A DNA stretch of 49,194 bases from Tannerellaceae bacterium (GCA_021201565.1 JAJQES010000026.1:1-49194); one strand, 5' to 3'; counted from the first letter of the stretch, positions 9,168 to 16,743 are shown. Made by a program: numbers and translations. Notes: generated by a model from the sequence alone, not told the origin.

Positions 9168-9575
9168 AGGCCGTAGGCCTATCCTATGTTAGGCCCCGGC
9201 AACGCCGGGGTTTAGATGATACAGAAGATAGTTCGCTCCGTAGGAGCAGCATAGCATAATAGGAACCGGAGGGTAAACCCAACTATTTTAATTTATATAT
9301 TACTATGCTGGGCTTCCAGCCCGAAACATTTTATCCCCCCAGCGTTGCCCAATCGTGTTCAGAAGATTTAGAGTGCCAGCGGCACGGTTTATGATAGCCC
9401 GGTACGAAGTGCTGGGGTTGAGCAGATTGGCTCTTGTGAGTCCTGAAAGGACGACTGAAAACAGACACCCTGGCCCGTTTGTATTCTTAAGCCGTGCTTA
9501 CAGCACTAATGTCTAACAATATACTACTACCCAGGACGTTGTCCTGGGCTAACATAAGCCGTCCCTCCGGGACTT
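9168..9575. mobile_element. MITE-like non-autonomous element related to the ends of the IS4 element at 35226-36959
   Basis: Inverted terminal units at 9168-9232 and 9530-9575 are homologous to 35226-35290 and 36925-36959. Internal solo copy of the IS inner repeat at 9336-9368. No ORF. Confidence 0.6.
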
Positions 9576-9629
9576 AACAGTTCCGGCTGCGCGGGAAACA
9601 AAGTCAGACGTTCGGACCACTCTCCGGAA

Positions 9630-10427
9630 TTACAGATTAAACGCTGTGACCAGATCATCCAGTTGCCGGTCGGTCATGCCTTCCGGCTCATACCCTGCCA
9701 TGCGGGCACTGAAAAAGATTTGAGCCGATTTACTAAGCGTATCAATCGCATCAAAACATTCGATAATATCATCCCCCACAGCCAGGATCCCATGTTTTTC
9801 CCAGAATACCACATCATGTTTTTCCAGTTGTTTGATAGTGGCCCGTGCCAGTTCCAGAGTACCCGGTATTTCATACGGTACAATTCCAATCCCGCGGGGT
9901 ACAATGATACGGCATTCGGGAATCATACTCCACAATAGCCGGGTAATCCGTTCCGAATCCAGGAAAGGTTTACAATGCGTCAATCCGATCAGGTCTGTCG
10001 GATGTGTATGGAGTACCACCCGGTTCTTCTTACCTGACGCACGCAGGTAGTTATGCATCATCAGGTGAGAAGGCAACTCCGATGTCGGAGGAATAAGCTG
10101 AGTCGCAATGATCTCAAACGAAGTTCCATCCGGAGAAATACGGATCAGCGATCCGTTACAGAACGCATCCCGGCACACATACCGCATCCGTTTCCCGGTT
10201 CCGGTCACAAAAAACACATGTCCGCACAGGGCTGTCACCGCCTCCTGTAAAGGAACGGGATCGCACAAAGCAGGCATCCCTCTCTCTTCTTCACTCAGCA
10301 GGTCAGTCACATTCACAGAGATATTCCCTCCGTTGCGTTCCGCCCATCCTTTTTCCCATAAATAACCGGCCACTTCCGAGATCCGCCCGATCTCCGCCAT
10401 CAATTCATTATTTGCTCGTATGTCCAT
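9630..10427 (-). CDS. rhaD: rhamnulose-1-phosphate aldolase
   Basis: Class II aldolase, 265 aa: ERNGGNISV, VLHTHPTDLI. Last gene of the rhaBATD string. Confidence 0.9.
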   Translation of the reverse strand: MDIRANNELMAEIGRISEVAGYLWEKGWAERNGGNISVNVTDLLSEEERGMPALCDPVPLQEAVTALCGHVFFVTGTGKRMRYVCRDAFCNGSLIRISPDGTSFEIIATQLIPPTSELPSHLMMHNYLRASGKKNRVVLHTHPTDLIGLTHCKPFLDSERITRLLWSMIPECRIIVPRGIGIVPYEIPGTLELARATIKQLEKHDVVFWEKHGILAVGDDIIECFDAIDTLSKSAQIFFSARMAGYEPEGMTDRQLDDLVTAFNL

Positions 10428-10433
10428 ATTTTT

Positions 10434-10552
10434 TAGTAGTTGGTAGTTAGTAGTTGGTAGTTAGTAGTAGACTTACTTTGCTCACTTATTTTTTTGTATT
10501 TCTACTAAGTGAGCACAGCGAACGTTCTACTACCTACCAACTACTAACTACC
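10434..10552. repeat. P-type long hairpin element (copy 1)
   Basis: Arms tagtagttggtagttagtagttggtagttagtagtag / ctactacctaccaactactaactacc around a conserved core (ttttgtatttctac ... gtgagc..agcgaacg). Fills the rhaT-rhaD spacer. Confidence 0.85.
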
Positions 10553-10559
10553 TCATTAT

Positions 10560-11582
10560 TTACAAATTCGGTATAATCAATGAAACAATCAGAATGGCCA
10601 TGCCTGTGACTAAGACAATCACGGTCTTTGTTCCGGAGCCTTTCCACTCTTTCAGCACAATCCCCCAGACATTACTGAAAATGACATTCAGGGACATCAG
10701 AATACTCCAGGAGAAAGCCAGCATAACCGGTGAACCGGTGAAATAACTTTTGCCCATTCCTAACCCGAAGAACTGGGAGTACCACAACACACCGGCCAAT
10801 GCACAGAACAGCACATTATTCATCAGGATATGGCCGGGAACAGAGAAATACTCTCTTCCTGTCTTATTTTTTATATTCTGATAAATACAGTAACAGGCAT
10901 TCGTCAGGAATCCTCCCATAGTGACCAACAGGATCACCGGATTCAGGGCAAACAGCTCATTGGCGCCTCCTGTAACAGCTTTTTCCAAAATAGCCGTTCC
11001 GGATTCCAGTCCCAGGTTAAAACAGGCACTCATCACCCCTGCCAGCAAAGCCACCAGTAACCCTTTCGTCAGGGCAAAGTCTTTAATAGCCGCCCGTTTT
11101 TCTTCCTCCGTCATATTCTTCGCCCGCAAACTACCGGCATAGCCAATCACAGCAATCCCGGCCAGTGTCACACACACACCAATCAACAGGATCAGGCCGT
11201 TACCACTGAACAGATCCATCCCACCAAACACGGCCGGGAGGAGCGTCCCGAAAGCCGAGCAGGTTCCCAGGGAAATACTTTGTCCCAGGGCAACGCCCAG
11301 ATAACGCATACTAAGCCCGAAGGTCAAACCACCAACGCCCCACAACACCCCGTATAAAAGAGGCATAGCGATGTTGGAGGTCCCCAACAAGCTGAAAAGT
11401 GTTTCCCCTTCCGGCACAGCTAACAGCGCACCTAAAAAAGGAAACACCAGCCAGGCAAACACTCCCTGGACCAGCCAGAAACACTCCCAACTCCAATCTT
11501 TAATCTTTTTGATCGGTACATAGGAACTACTCTGCCCAAAGCTGCCCAGCGCAATGATCAATAAACCTATCAGTATATTCAT
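10560..11582 (-). CDS. rhaT: L-rhamnose/proton symporter
   Basis: 340 aa, about 10 TM helices, RhaT-family size, operon context. Confidence 0.85.
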   Translation of the reverse strand: MNILIGLLIIALGSFGQSSSYVPIKKIKDWSWECFWLVQGVFAWLVFPFLGALLAVPEGETLFSLLGTSNIAMPLLYGVLWGVGGLTFGLSMRYLGVALGQSISLGTCSAFGTLLPAVFGGMDLFSGNGLILLIGVCVTLAGIAVIGYAGSLRAKNMTEEEKRAAIKDFALTKGLLVALLAGVMSACFNLGLESGTAILEKAVTGGANELFALNPVILLVTMGGFLTNACYCIYQNIKNKTGREYFSVPGHILMNNVLFCALAGVLWYSQFFGLGMGKSYFTGSPVMLAFSWSILMSLNVIFSNVWGIVLKEWKGSGTKTVIVLVTGMAILIVSLIIPNL

Positions 11583-11585
11583 TTT

Positions 11586-11737
11586 TCAATTGACTATGGA
11601 TAATTGACAATTGACCTTTCCTTCTCCCTCAGGGGAGAAACCAATCAACAATCTCTATCCCGGCAACAACAACCATATTCATACAAAGAGTTCCGGACTA
11701 AATAATTGTCAATTGTGCATTGTTAATTGTCAATTGA
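11586..11737. repeat. Q-type long hairpin element (copy 1)
   Basis: Arms tcaattgactatggataattgacaattgac / aataattgtcaattgtgcattgttaattgtcaattga with an ~85-nt centre. Fills the rhaA-rhaT spacer. Confidence 0.8.
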
Positions 11738-11743
11738 ATGGAT

Positions 11744-13000
11744 TTATCGTTTACCGGTTACCTCCTTTTCATATTCATGAATGCCCGGGATATAGGTTTC
11801 TCCTACCGGTACCCCATTCTGCAGGCAATACATATCCCACACAGCATTCCAGGGCAGGCTCTTCGCTTCTTCCTGCAAAGCCAGCCGTTCAAAGTAGTTG
11901 CCGTTCGCTTCATATTGCTGCAACAGGGCCGCGGGTTCCAGGAGAGCCTGTAAAAAGGCTTTCTGAGTTGCCCGGCAACCAACCACATACGCCCCGATAC
12001 GGTTTATAGTCGCATCAAAATAATCCAGACCAATATGAACACGGTCCAGGGCATTGCAACGGATAATCTCCCGGGCCAGGTCTGTCAGGTCATCATTGAG
12101 GATGACTACATGGTCACTGTCCCAACGGACAGGACGGCTCACATGCAACATAATCTCCGGCGTAAAGAGCAACAGAGACGATACCTTATCCGCCACACTC
12201 TCCGTCAGGTGGAAGTGCCCGGTATCCAGGGTCACGATCTTATTTTTCTTCGCTCCATAGCCCAGATAGAAGTCATAGGAACCTACCGTATAGCTTTCCA
12301 GGCCAATCCCAAACAATTTAGCTTCGATACAGTCTTTCATATAGTCATATTTCGTAGCAAAAATCTCATCCAGGGACTGTTCAAGGAGCGCACGGTATTT
12401 CAACCGGTTCGCCGGCACTTCCTTGCTTCCGTCATGCACCCACAGGTTCATCATACAGGGATCGTTCTGGAATTTTCCCATCTCTTCACTGATCAGGCGG
12501 CAACGTTTGGTATGTTCGATCCAGAAATTACGGATCTCCTCATCGGGATTAGCCAATGTCAGGTCACCACTTTTTGGATGTGAGAAAGAGGTACTGTTGA
12601 AATCCAGTTTCAGGTTATTCTCTTTGGCCCACTCCATCCAGCTTTGGAAATGCACAGGTTCCACTTCATCACGGTCTACTACTTTCCCCTGGAAATCCCC
12701 ATAGATTTCATGAAGGTTCAACCGGTGGGATCCCGGAATATAGGTCAACGCTTTTTTCACGTCCGCCCGCAATTCATCAATAGTTCGCGCACGTCCCGGA
12801 TAGTTACCCGTCACCTGGATCCCTCCGGAAAGAGCGCCCGCCTGTACTTCAAAACCATTGACATCATCTGCCTGCCAGCAGTGCAGAGAAAGGGATACTT
12901 TCTTCATATTTTCCAACGCCTGGTCCACGTCGACCCCCACAGCAGCATATCTCTCTTTTGCTACCTCAAATACTGTTTGAATAATGGATTCTTTTGTCAT
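11744..13000 (-). CDS. rhaA: L-rhamnose isomerase
   Basis: 418 aa. N-terminus VAKERYAAVGVDVDQALENMKKVSLSLHCWQADDVNGFE closely parallels enterobacterial RhaA. Confidence 0.95.
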   Translation of the reverse strand: MTKESIIQTVFEVAKERYAAVGVDVDQALENMKKVSLSLHCWQADDVNGFEVQAGALSGGIQVTGNYPGRARTIDELRADVKKALTYIPGSHRLNLHEIYGDFQGKVVDRDEVEPVHFQSWMEWAKENNLKLDFNSTSFSHPKSGDLTLANPDEEIRNFWIEHTKRCRLISEEMGKFQNDPCMMNLWVHDGSKEVPANRLKYRALLEQSLDEIFATKYDYMKDCIEAKLFGIGLESYTVGSYDFYLGYGAKKNKIVTLDTGHFHLTESVADKVSSLLLFTPEIMLHVSRPVRWDSDHVVILNDDLTDLAREIIRCNALDRVHIGLDYFDATINRIGAYVVGCRATQKAFLQALLEPAALLQQYEANGNYFERLALQEEAKSLPWNAVWDMYCLQNGVPVGETYIPGIHEYEKEVTGKR

Positions 13001-13032
13001 GATATTTTTATTTATAAGGATAATCTTCTTTT

Positions 13033-13155
13033 GAGTAGTTGGTAGTTAGTAGTACACTCACTCCGTTCGTTTAGTATAGACTTGCTTTACTCGTTTTGTA
13101 TTTCTACCAGGTGAGCGAAGCGAACGTACTACTAACTACTAACTACCAACTACTC
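13033..13155. repeat. P-type long hairpin element (copy 2), overlaps the rhaB 3' end
   Basis: Arms gagtagttggtagttagtagta / tactactaactactaactaccaactactc. Same core and orientation as copies 1 and 3. Confidence 0.85.
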
Positions 13156-14585
13156 TTCTGTCGTGCTTCCGGTAAAAACACCTCCGGCTTATACGCCTGG
13201 GCAATGAGGCGGCGCATGTCCCAGCGGTCGGCAACCAGGCCAGCGGCTTTGGCCTGCATCATGCAGTTACCGATGGCGGTTGCTTCGGAAGGGCCTGCCA
13301 CCACGGGCATACCAATCGCATTGGCTGTAAACTGATTCAGTAATTTATTTTTGGACCCTCCTCCTATGACATGTAATTTTTCAACCGGGAAAGGGGCCAT
13401 GGCTTTTAATAGTTCCAATACCTCTTTATAACGGGCCGCCAGGCTTCCGAAAATACAACGGACATATTCAGCATGGGTTTCCGGACAACACTGTCCACTC
13501 TCCCGGCAATGTTCCCTGATCGCTTCCACCATACTGGCCGGATTAGCAAAACGGGGATGGTCCGGATTTACCAGGGAACCAAAAGCGGATGCTTCTTCCG
13601 CCATGCTGACAATCCGGGAATAGTCATAGGAATGTCCCTCTTTCTCCCATTCCTTCCGGCACTGTTCCAGCAGCCACATACCAGTAATGTTTTTCAGGAA
13701 ACGGGTCGTGCCTTCTATCCCTCCTTCATTCGTAAAATTATTTTCAAAGGAAGCCGGGGTGATGATGGGTTGTTCCACCTCAATACCCATCAGGCTCCAG
13801 GTGCCACTGCTCAAATAAGCAAAGTTCGGATTCTCCGCAGGAACCGCCACCACTGCCGAAGCGGTATCATGGCCGGCCACCGCAATCACAGGAACCGGTC
13901 CCACCCCCGTTTCCGCGGCCAGTTTCCCGGTCAATGTGCCGATAACCGTTCCCGGCATCACTAACGGACGCAACAGGGAGGGTTTCACGCCGGCCGCTTC
14001 CAGCAACGAAACTTCAAATTGTTTGGTAACCGGATTTAATAGCTGGGAAGTGGAAGCATCTGTATATTCACACACCCGCACCCCTGTCAGCAGATAAGAA
14101 AGCAGGTCGGGAATAAACAGGATCTCCTCCGCTCCCTGTAATGGAGCAAACTTCTCCTGTCCGGCACGGAATAACTGGAACAAACTATTGAAATCCATCA
14201 TCTGAATACCGGTCCTTTTATATACCTCTTCACGGGAAACGATCCGGAAAAATTCTTCCGGAGCTCCCTCTGTATAAGGGTCCCGGTAAGCCCGGGGCAA
14301 TCCCAACAAAGAACCATCCGGAGCAATATATCCGAAATCAACACCCCAGGTATCAATGCCGATCGAATCAGGTTGGATGCCTTGCCGGCTGCATAGAGCT
14401 AAACTCTCTTTCAGCGCTTCATACAATCCGAATATATTCCAATAGTATTTTCCATGCAATTCCAGGATGGAATTAGGGAAGCGGTGTATCTCCCGCATTT
14501 CAAATCTGACACCCTCCAACATGCCCAGTACAGCACGTCCGCTGGTAGCTCCTATATCAAAGGCTAAAAAGTTGTGTTTCTTCAT
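13143..14585 (-). CDS. rhaB: rhamnulokinase (FGGY family)
   Basis: 480 aa. FDIGATSGRAV N-terminal phosphate-1 motif, FGGY C-terminal GGGSKN. First gene of the operon. Confidence 0.9.
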   Translation of the reverse strand: MKKHNFLAFDIGATSGRAVLGMLEGVRFEMREIHRFPNSILELHGKYYWNIFGLYEALKESLALCSRQGIQPDSIGIDTWGVDFGYIAPDGSLLGLPRAYRDPYTEGAPEEFFRIVSREEVYKRTGIQMMDFNSLFQLFRAGQEKFAPLQGAEEILFIPDLLSYLLTGVRVCEYTDASTSQLLNPVTKQFEVSLLEAAGVKPSLLRPLVMPGTVIGTLTGKLAAETGVGPVPVIAVAGHDTASAVVAVPAENPNFAYLSSGTWSLMGIEVEQPIITPASFENNFTNEGGIEGTTRFLKNITGMWLLEQCRKEWEKEGHSYDYSRIVSMAEEASAFGSLVNPDHPRFANPASMVEAIREHCRESGQCCPETHAEYVRCIFGSLAARYKEVLELLKAMAPFPVEKLHVIGGGSKNKLLNQFTANAIGMPVVAGPSEATAIGNCMMQAKAAGLVADRWDMRRLIAQAYKPEVFLPEARQKSSW

Positions 14586-14615
14586 GGTTATTTGAATAGT
14601 TTATTACAACATGGG

Positions 14616-14623
14616 CAAAAATA
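14616..14623 (-). promoter_or_regulatory. candidate -7 box of the rhaBATD promoter
   Basis: Minus strand reads TATTTTTG (Bacteroidetes TAnnTTTG consensus), 30 nt upstream of the rhaB ATG. Confidence 0.45.
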
Positions 14624-14636
14624 TCGGTAAAACAGT

Positions 14637-14644
14637 TATATTTG
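14637..14644 (+). promoter_or_regulatory. candidate -7 box of the rhaR promoter
   Basis: TATATTTG, 36 nt upstream of ATG 14680. It lies inside the longer 14611 ORF, which argues for the downstream start. Confidence 0.45.
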
Positions 14645-14679
14645 CTTACCAAAATGATTTTAAACCTTTCAAATTTGAC

Positions 14680-15567
14680 ATGAAAAACCTACCCAAAGAC
14701 CAGCTACGTTATTTAGCCATCAGCTCCTCAGACGAAGAGTGGGGCATTGTGGTGACAACCATCGGCTACCAGTTTATTGCCCCGCAAAGCCAATATCCCT
14801 TGTCCGGCCATCCGGACAATTATAATTTCCAGCCGCAAACCGGACGTATCCTGAATGAATACCAATTAGTGTATATCACAAAAGGAAGTGGTTATTTCTC
14901 CTCCCAATCCTGTAAAATGCAACGAATACACGCCGGCACCATGATCCTGTTGTTTCCGGGGGAATGGCATACCTATTATCCGGATAAGGATACGGGATGG
15001 GATGAATACTGGGTAGGGTTCCGGGGCATGCATATTGACCGCCGGGTGGAAAAACAATTCTTTTCTATTGAGGACCCTTTACACGATATAGGGGTCAGTT
15101 CTACGATCGTACAGTTATATGAGGATATTCTGCGGATCGCTTCCGCGGAGAAAACGGGCTATCAACCCATGATCTCCAGCATTGTCCTCCATATTTTAGG
15201 CTCTGTCTACTATAAAAAACGAAATAATTCCTTTACGAATACGTATGTGGTCGACAAGATCAATGAGGCTCGTTTATTGATGAAAGAACGGGTAGAAGAT
15301 CCGCTGACTCCCGAAGAGATTGCCGGCCTGCTGGGCCTGGGTTATTCCTGGTTCAGACGCATGTTCAAAGAATATACAGGCGTTTCCCCAGCCCAATACC
15401 AGGCCCAGCAACGGCTGCTGCGCGCAAAAGAATTACTGACAGCCTCTTCTATGAATATCAGTGAAATTGCCTATAGCCTCCGCTTTGAAAATGCCGGGCA
15501 ATTCTCCACCTTCTTTAAAAAGAAAGAGGGCGTCACTCCCTCAGAATTCAGGGAAAGGACGCATTAA
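14680..15567 (+). CDS. rhaR: AraC-family transcriptional regulator of rhamnose utilisation
   Basis: Cupin-like N-terminal half plus AraC HTH (ISEIAYSLRFENAGQFSTFFKKKEGVTPSEFR). Divergent from rhaB. The ORF track starts at 14611; I prefer ATG 14680 (295 aa). Confidence 0.8.
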   Translation: MKNLPKDQLRYLAISSSDEEWGIVVTTIGYQFIAPQSQYPLSGHPDNYNFQPQTGRILNEYQLVYITKGSGYFSSQSCKMQRIHAGTMILLFPGEWHTYYPDKDTGWDEYWVGFRGMHIDRRVEKQFFSIEDPLHDIGVSSTIVQLYEDILRIASAEKTGYQPMISSIVLHILGSVYYKKRNNSFTNTYVVDKINEARLLMKERVEDPLTPEEIAGLLGLGYSWFRRMFKEYTGVSPAQYQAQQRLLRAKELLTASSMNISEIAYSLRFENAGQFSTFFKKKEGVTPSEFRERTH

Positions 15568-15582
15568 TATAAATAGTCTCAC

Positions 15583-15765
15583 TCTTTCAGGTTTGCAACC
15601 TGGAAGCGAAACAATAAGAAGTTTGTAACTTCCATAATCGGGTAGCGGCTATAAAAATAGGATCGTATAATGCGTCTTTCAGCCGCAGGAAGTTACAAAT
15701 GGAACATCCCGGTTTATCGGGGTTTCTCATTGTTTCTGCTCCGGATTATAAACCCGGAGCAAGTT
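15583..15765. repeat. composite structured repeat E1
   Basis: 33-nt left flank identical to 18965-18997. Right flank tgtttctgctccgg.tta.aaacccg.agca is shared. The internal ~107 nt is the reverse complement of the E2 interior. Confidence 0.8.
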
Positions 15766-15777
15766 AGAGCAGTCTTT

Positions 15778-15881
15778 GTTCCCTGGCTTGACCAGGGACC
15801 GCATAAGAACAGGCTGCATTTACTATTCCTCGTAACTAACGTCTGTTCTCTTGCGGTCCCGCATCAAGTGCGGGAACAAGG
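15778..15881. repeat. inverted pair of V-type hairpin units
   Basis: gttCCCTGGcttgaCCAGGGaccgcataagaacag ... ctgttctcttGCGGTCCCGCAtcaagTGCGGGAACaagg. Confidence 0.75.
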
Positions 15882-15922
15882 ACTGCTTTAATTTTCAATG
15901 CGATTTACTATGTACTTTTTAC

Positions 15923-16522
15923 TTAGAAAATCTTCCGGTAAACATGGCAATAAGGTGTTTTGCCATTGTTTTCATAATATTGCTGGTGATAATCTTCGGC
16001 AGGCCAGAAGGTAGGTGCTTCCCGGACCATGGTGGCCACTTTATATCCTTTATCTTCCAGGATACGGATATACTTCTCAGCAATTTCTTTTTCCTGTTCT
16101 GTAGAATAAAAAATACAGGACAAATATTGCGGGCCTATGTCCGGTCCCTGTCCGTTCGTCTGGGTGAAATCATGCGTTTCAAAAAACAACTTTACAAGAT
16201 CCTCATAAGAGGTTTTTGTCGTATCATAGATCACCTCTGTCGTTTCCAGGTGGCCGGTTTTCTTTCCGGATACCTGCTGATAGGTTGGATTATCCACATG
16301 TCCCCCCATATATCCTACGACTGTCTGCACCACACCGGGTGCTTTTTGGAAATAATATTCGGTGCCCCAAAAACATCCTGATGCGAAATACGCTTTTTTC
16401 AGGTGGGTACTATCTGCCGGTATTGTATTCATATACTCTTTTCTTTTATTGGTATCTGCCGACCGCTGGCCACAGGCGATTCCCGCAACCAACAGAAAAC
16501 AGAGCCATGCAATTATTCTCAT
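15923..16522 (-). CDS. msrA: peptide-methionine (S)-S-oxide reductase, exported
   Basis: GCFWGTE active-site motif; signal/lipobox MRIIAWLCFLLVAGIAC. Confidence 0.9.
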   Translation of the reverse strand: MRIIAWLCFLLVAGIACGQRSADTNKRKEYMNTIPADSTHLKKAYFASGCFWGTEYYFQKAPGVVQTVVGYMGGHVDNPTYQQVSGKKTGHLETTEVIYDTTKTSYEDLVKLFFETHDFTQTNGQGPDIGPQYLSCIFYSTEQEKEIAEKYIRILEDKGYKVATMVREAPTFWPAEDYHQQYYENNGKTPYCHVYRKIF

Positions 16523-16633
16523 TTTCTGTTCTCTTAGCTATTATCCTTCGATAACAGGAAGTCCGGCTAAAAAGATTACAAAGAAAAAAAGAGATTTATT
16601 AAACAACCGTGATGGATAGATCAAAACACACCC

Positions 16634-16733
16634 GGTTCCCGCGAAGGCGGGAATCGCATTAGAACCGACCCGAGTCACCATATAAAAGAATAATAAAACC
16701 TGCTCTTATGCGGTCCCCGCCTTCGCGGGGAAC
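16634..16733. repeat. inverted pair of V-type hairpin units (MITE-like, ~100 bp)
   Basis: ggTTCCCGCgaagGCGGGAAtcgcattag ... ctgctcttatGCGGTCCCCGCcttcGCGGGGAAC. Confidence 0.7.
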
Positions 16734-16743
16734 ATATACAGCA

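Noticed and set aside
10434-10552. Suspicion that the heptad-periodic P and Q arms are assembly or synthetic artefacts because they look engineered.
   Set aside because: Five copies sit precisely in intercistronic spacers. They carry copy-specific substitutions and indels, imperfect arm pairing and conserved cores, and two contribute in-frame stop codons to upstream genes. This pattern is expected of a natural evolving repeat family, although raw-read support should still be checked.
13055-13130. The P-element core contains TTCGTTCGTTT / GCGAACGTAC, reminiscent of the ARACGTWCGT inverted repeats used by Bacteroides Mpi-type invertases, suggesting an invertible promoter.
   Set aside because: Matches are only 7-8 of 10. 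The enclosed segment (~55 nt) is too short for typical invertible promoters, no TAnnTTTG box is inside, and all three copies are in the same orientation.
14611-14679. Longer rhaR ORF starting at ATG 14611 (318 aa).
   Set aside because: It would start 25 nt from the divergent rhaB ATG and would contain both candidate -7 boxes. ATG 14680 gives a regulator of typical length. Not excluded, just less likely.
15778-16733. The V hairpins (for example CCCCGC-cttc-GCGGGG followed by AAC) resemble the stem of enterobacterial type I-E CRISPR repeats (CCCCGC-gcca-GCGGGG), raising the idea of a CRISPR array or orphan repeats.
   Set aside because: Copies are solitary or in inverted pairs, not direct repeats separated by unique spacers of constant length. 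Stems differ between copies, and no cas genes are present in the window.
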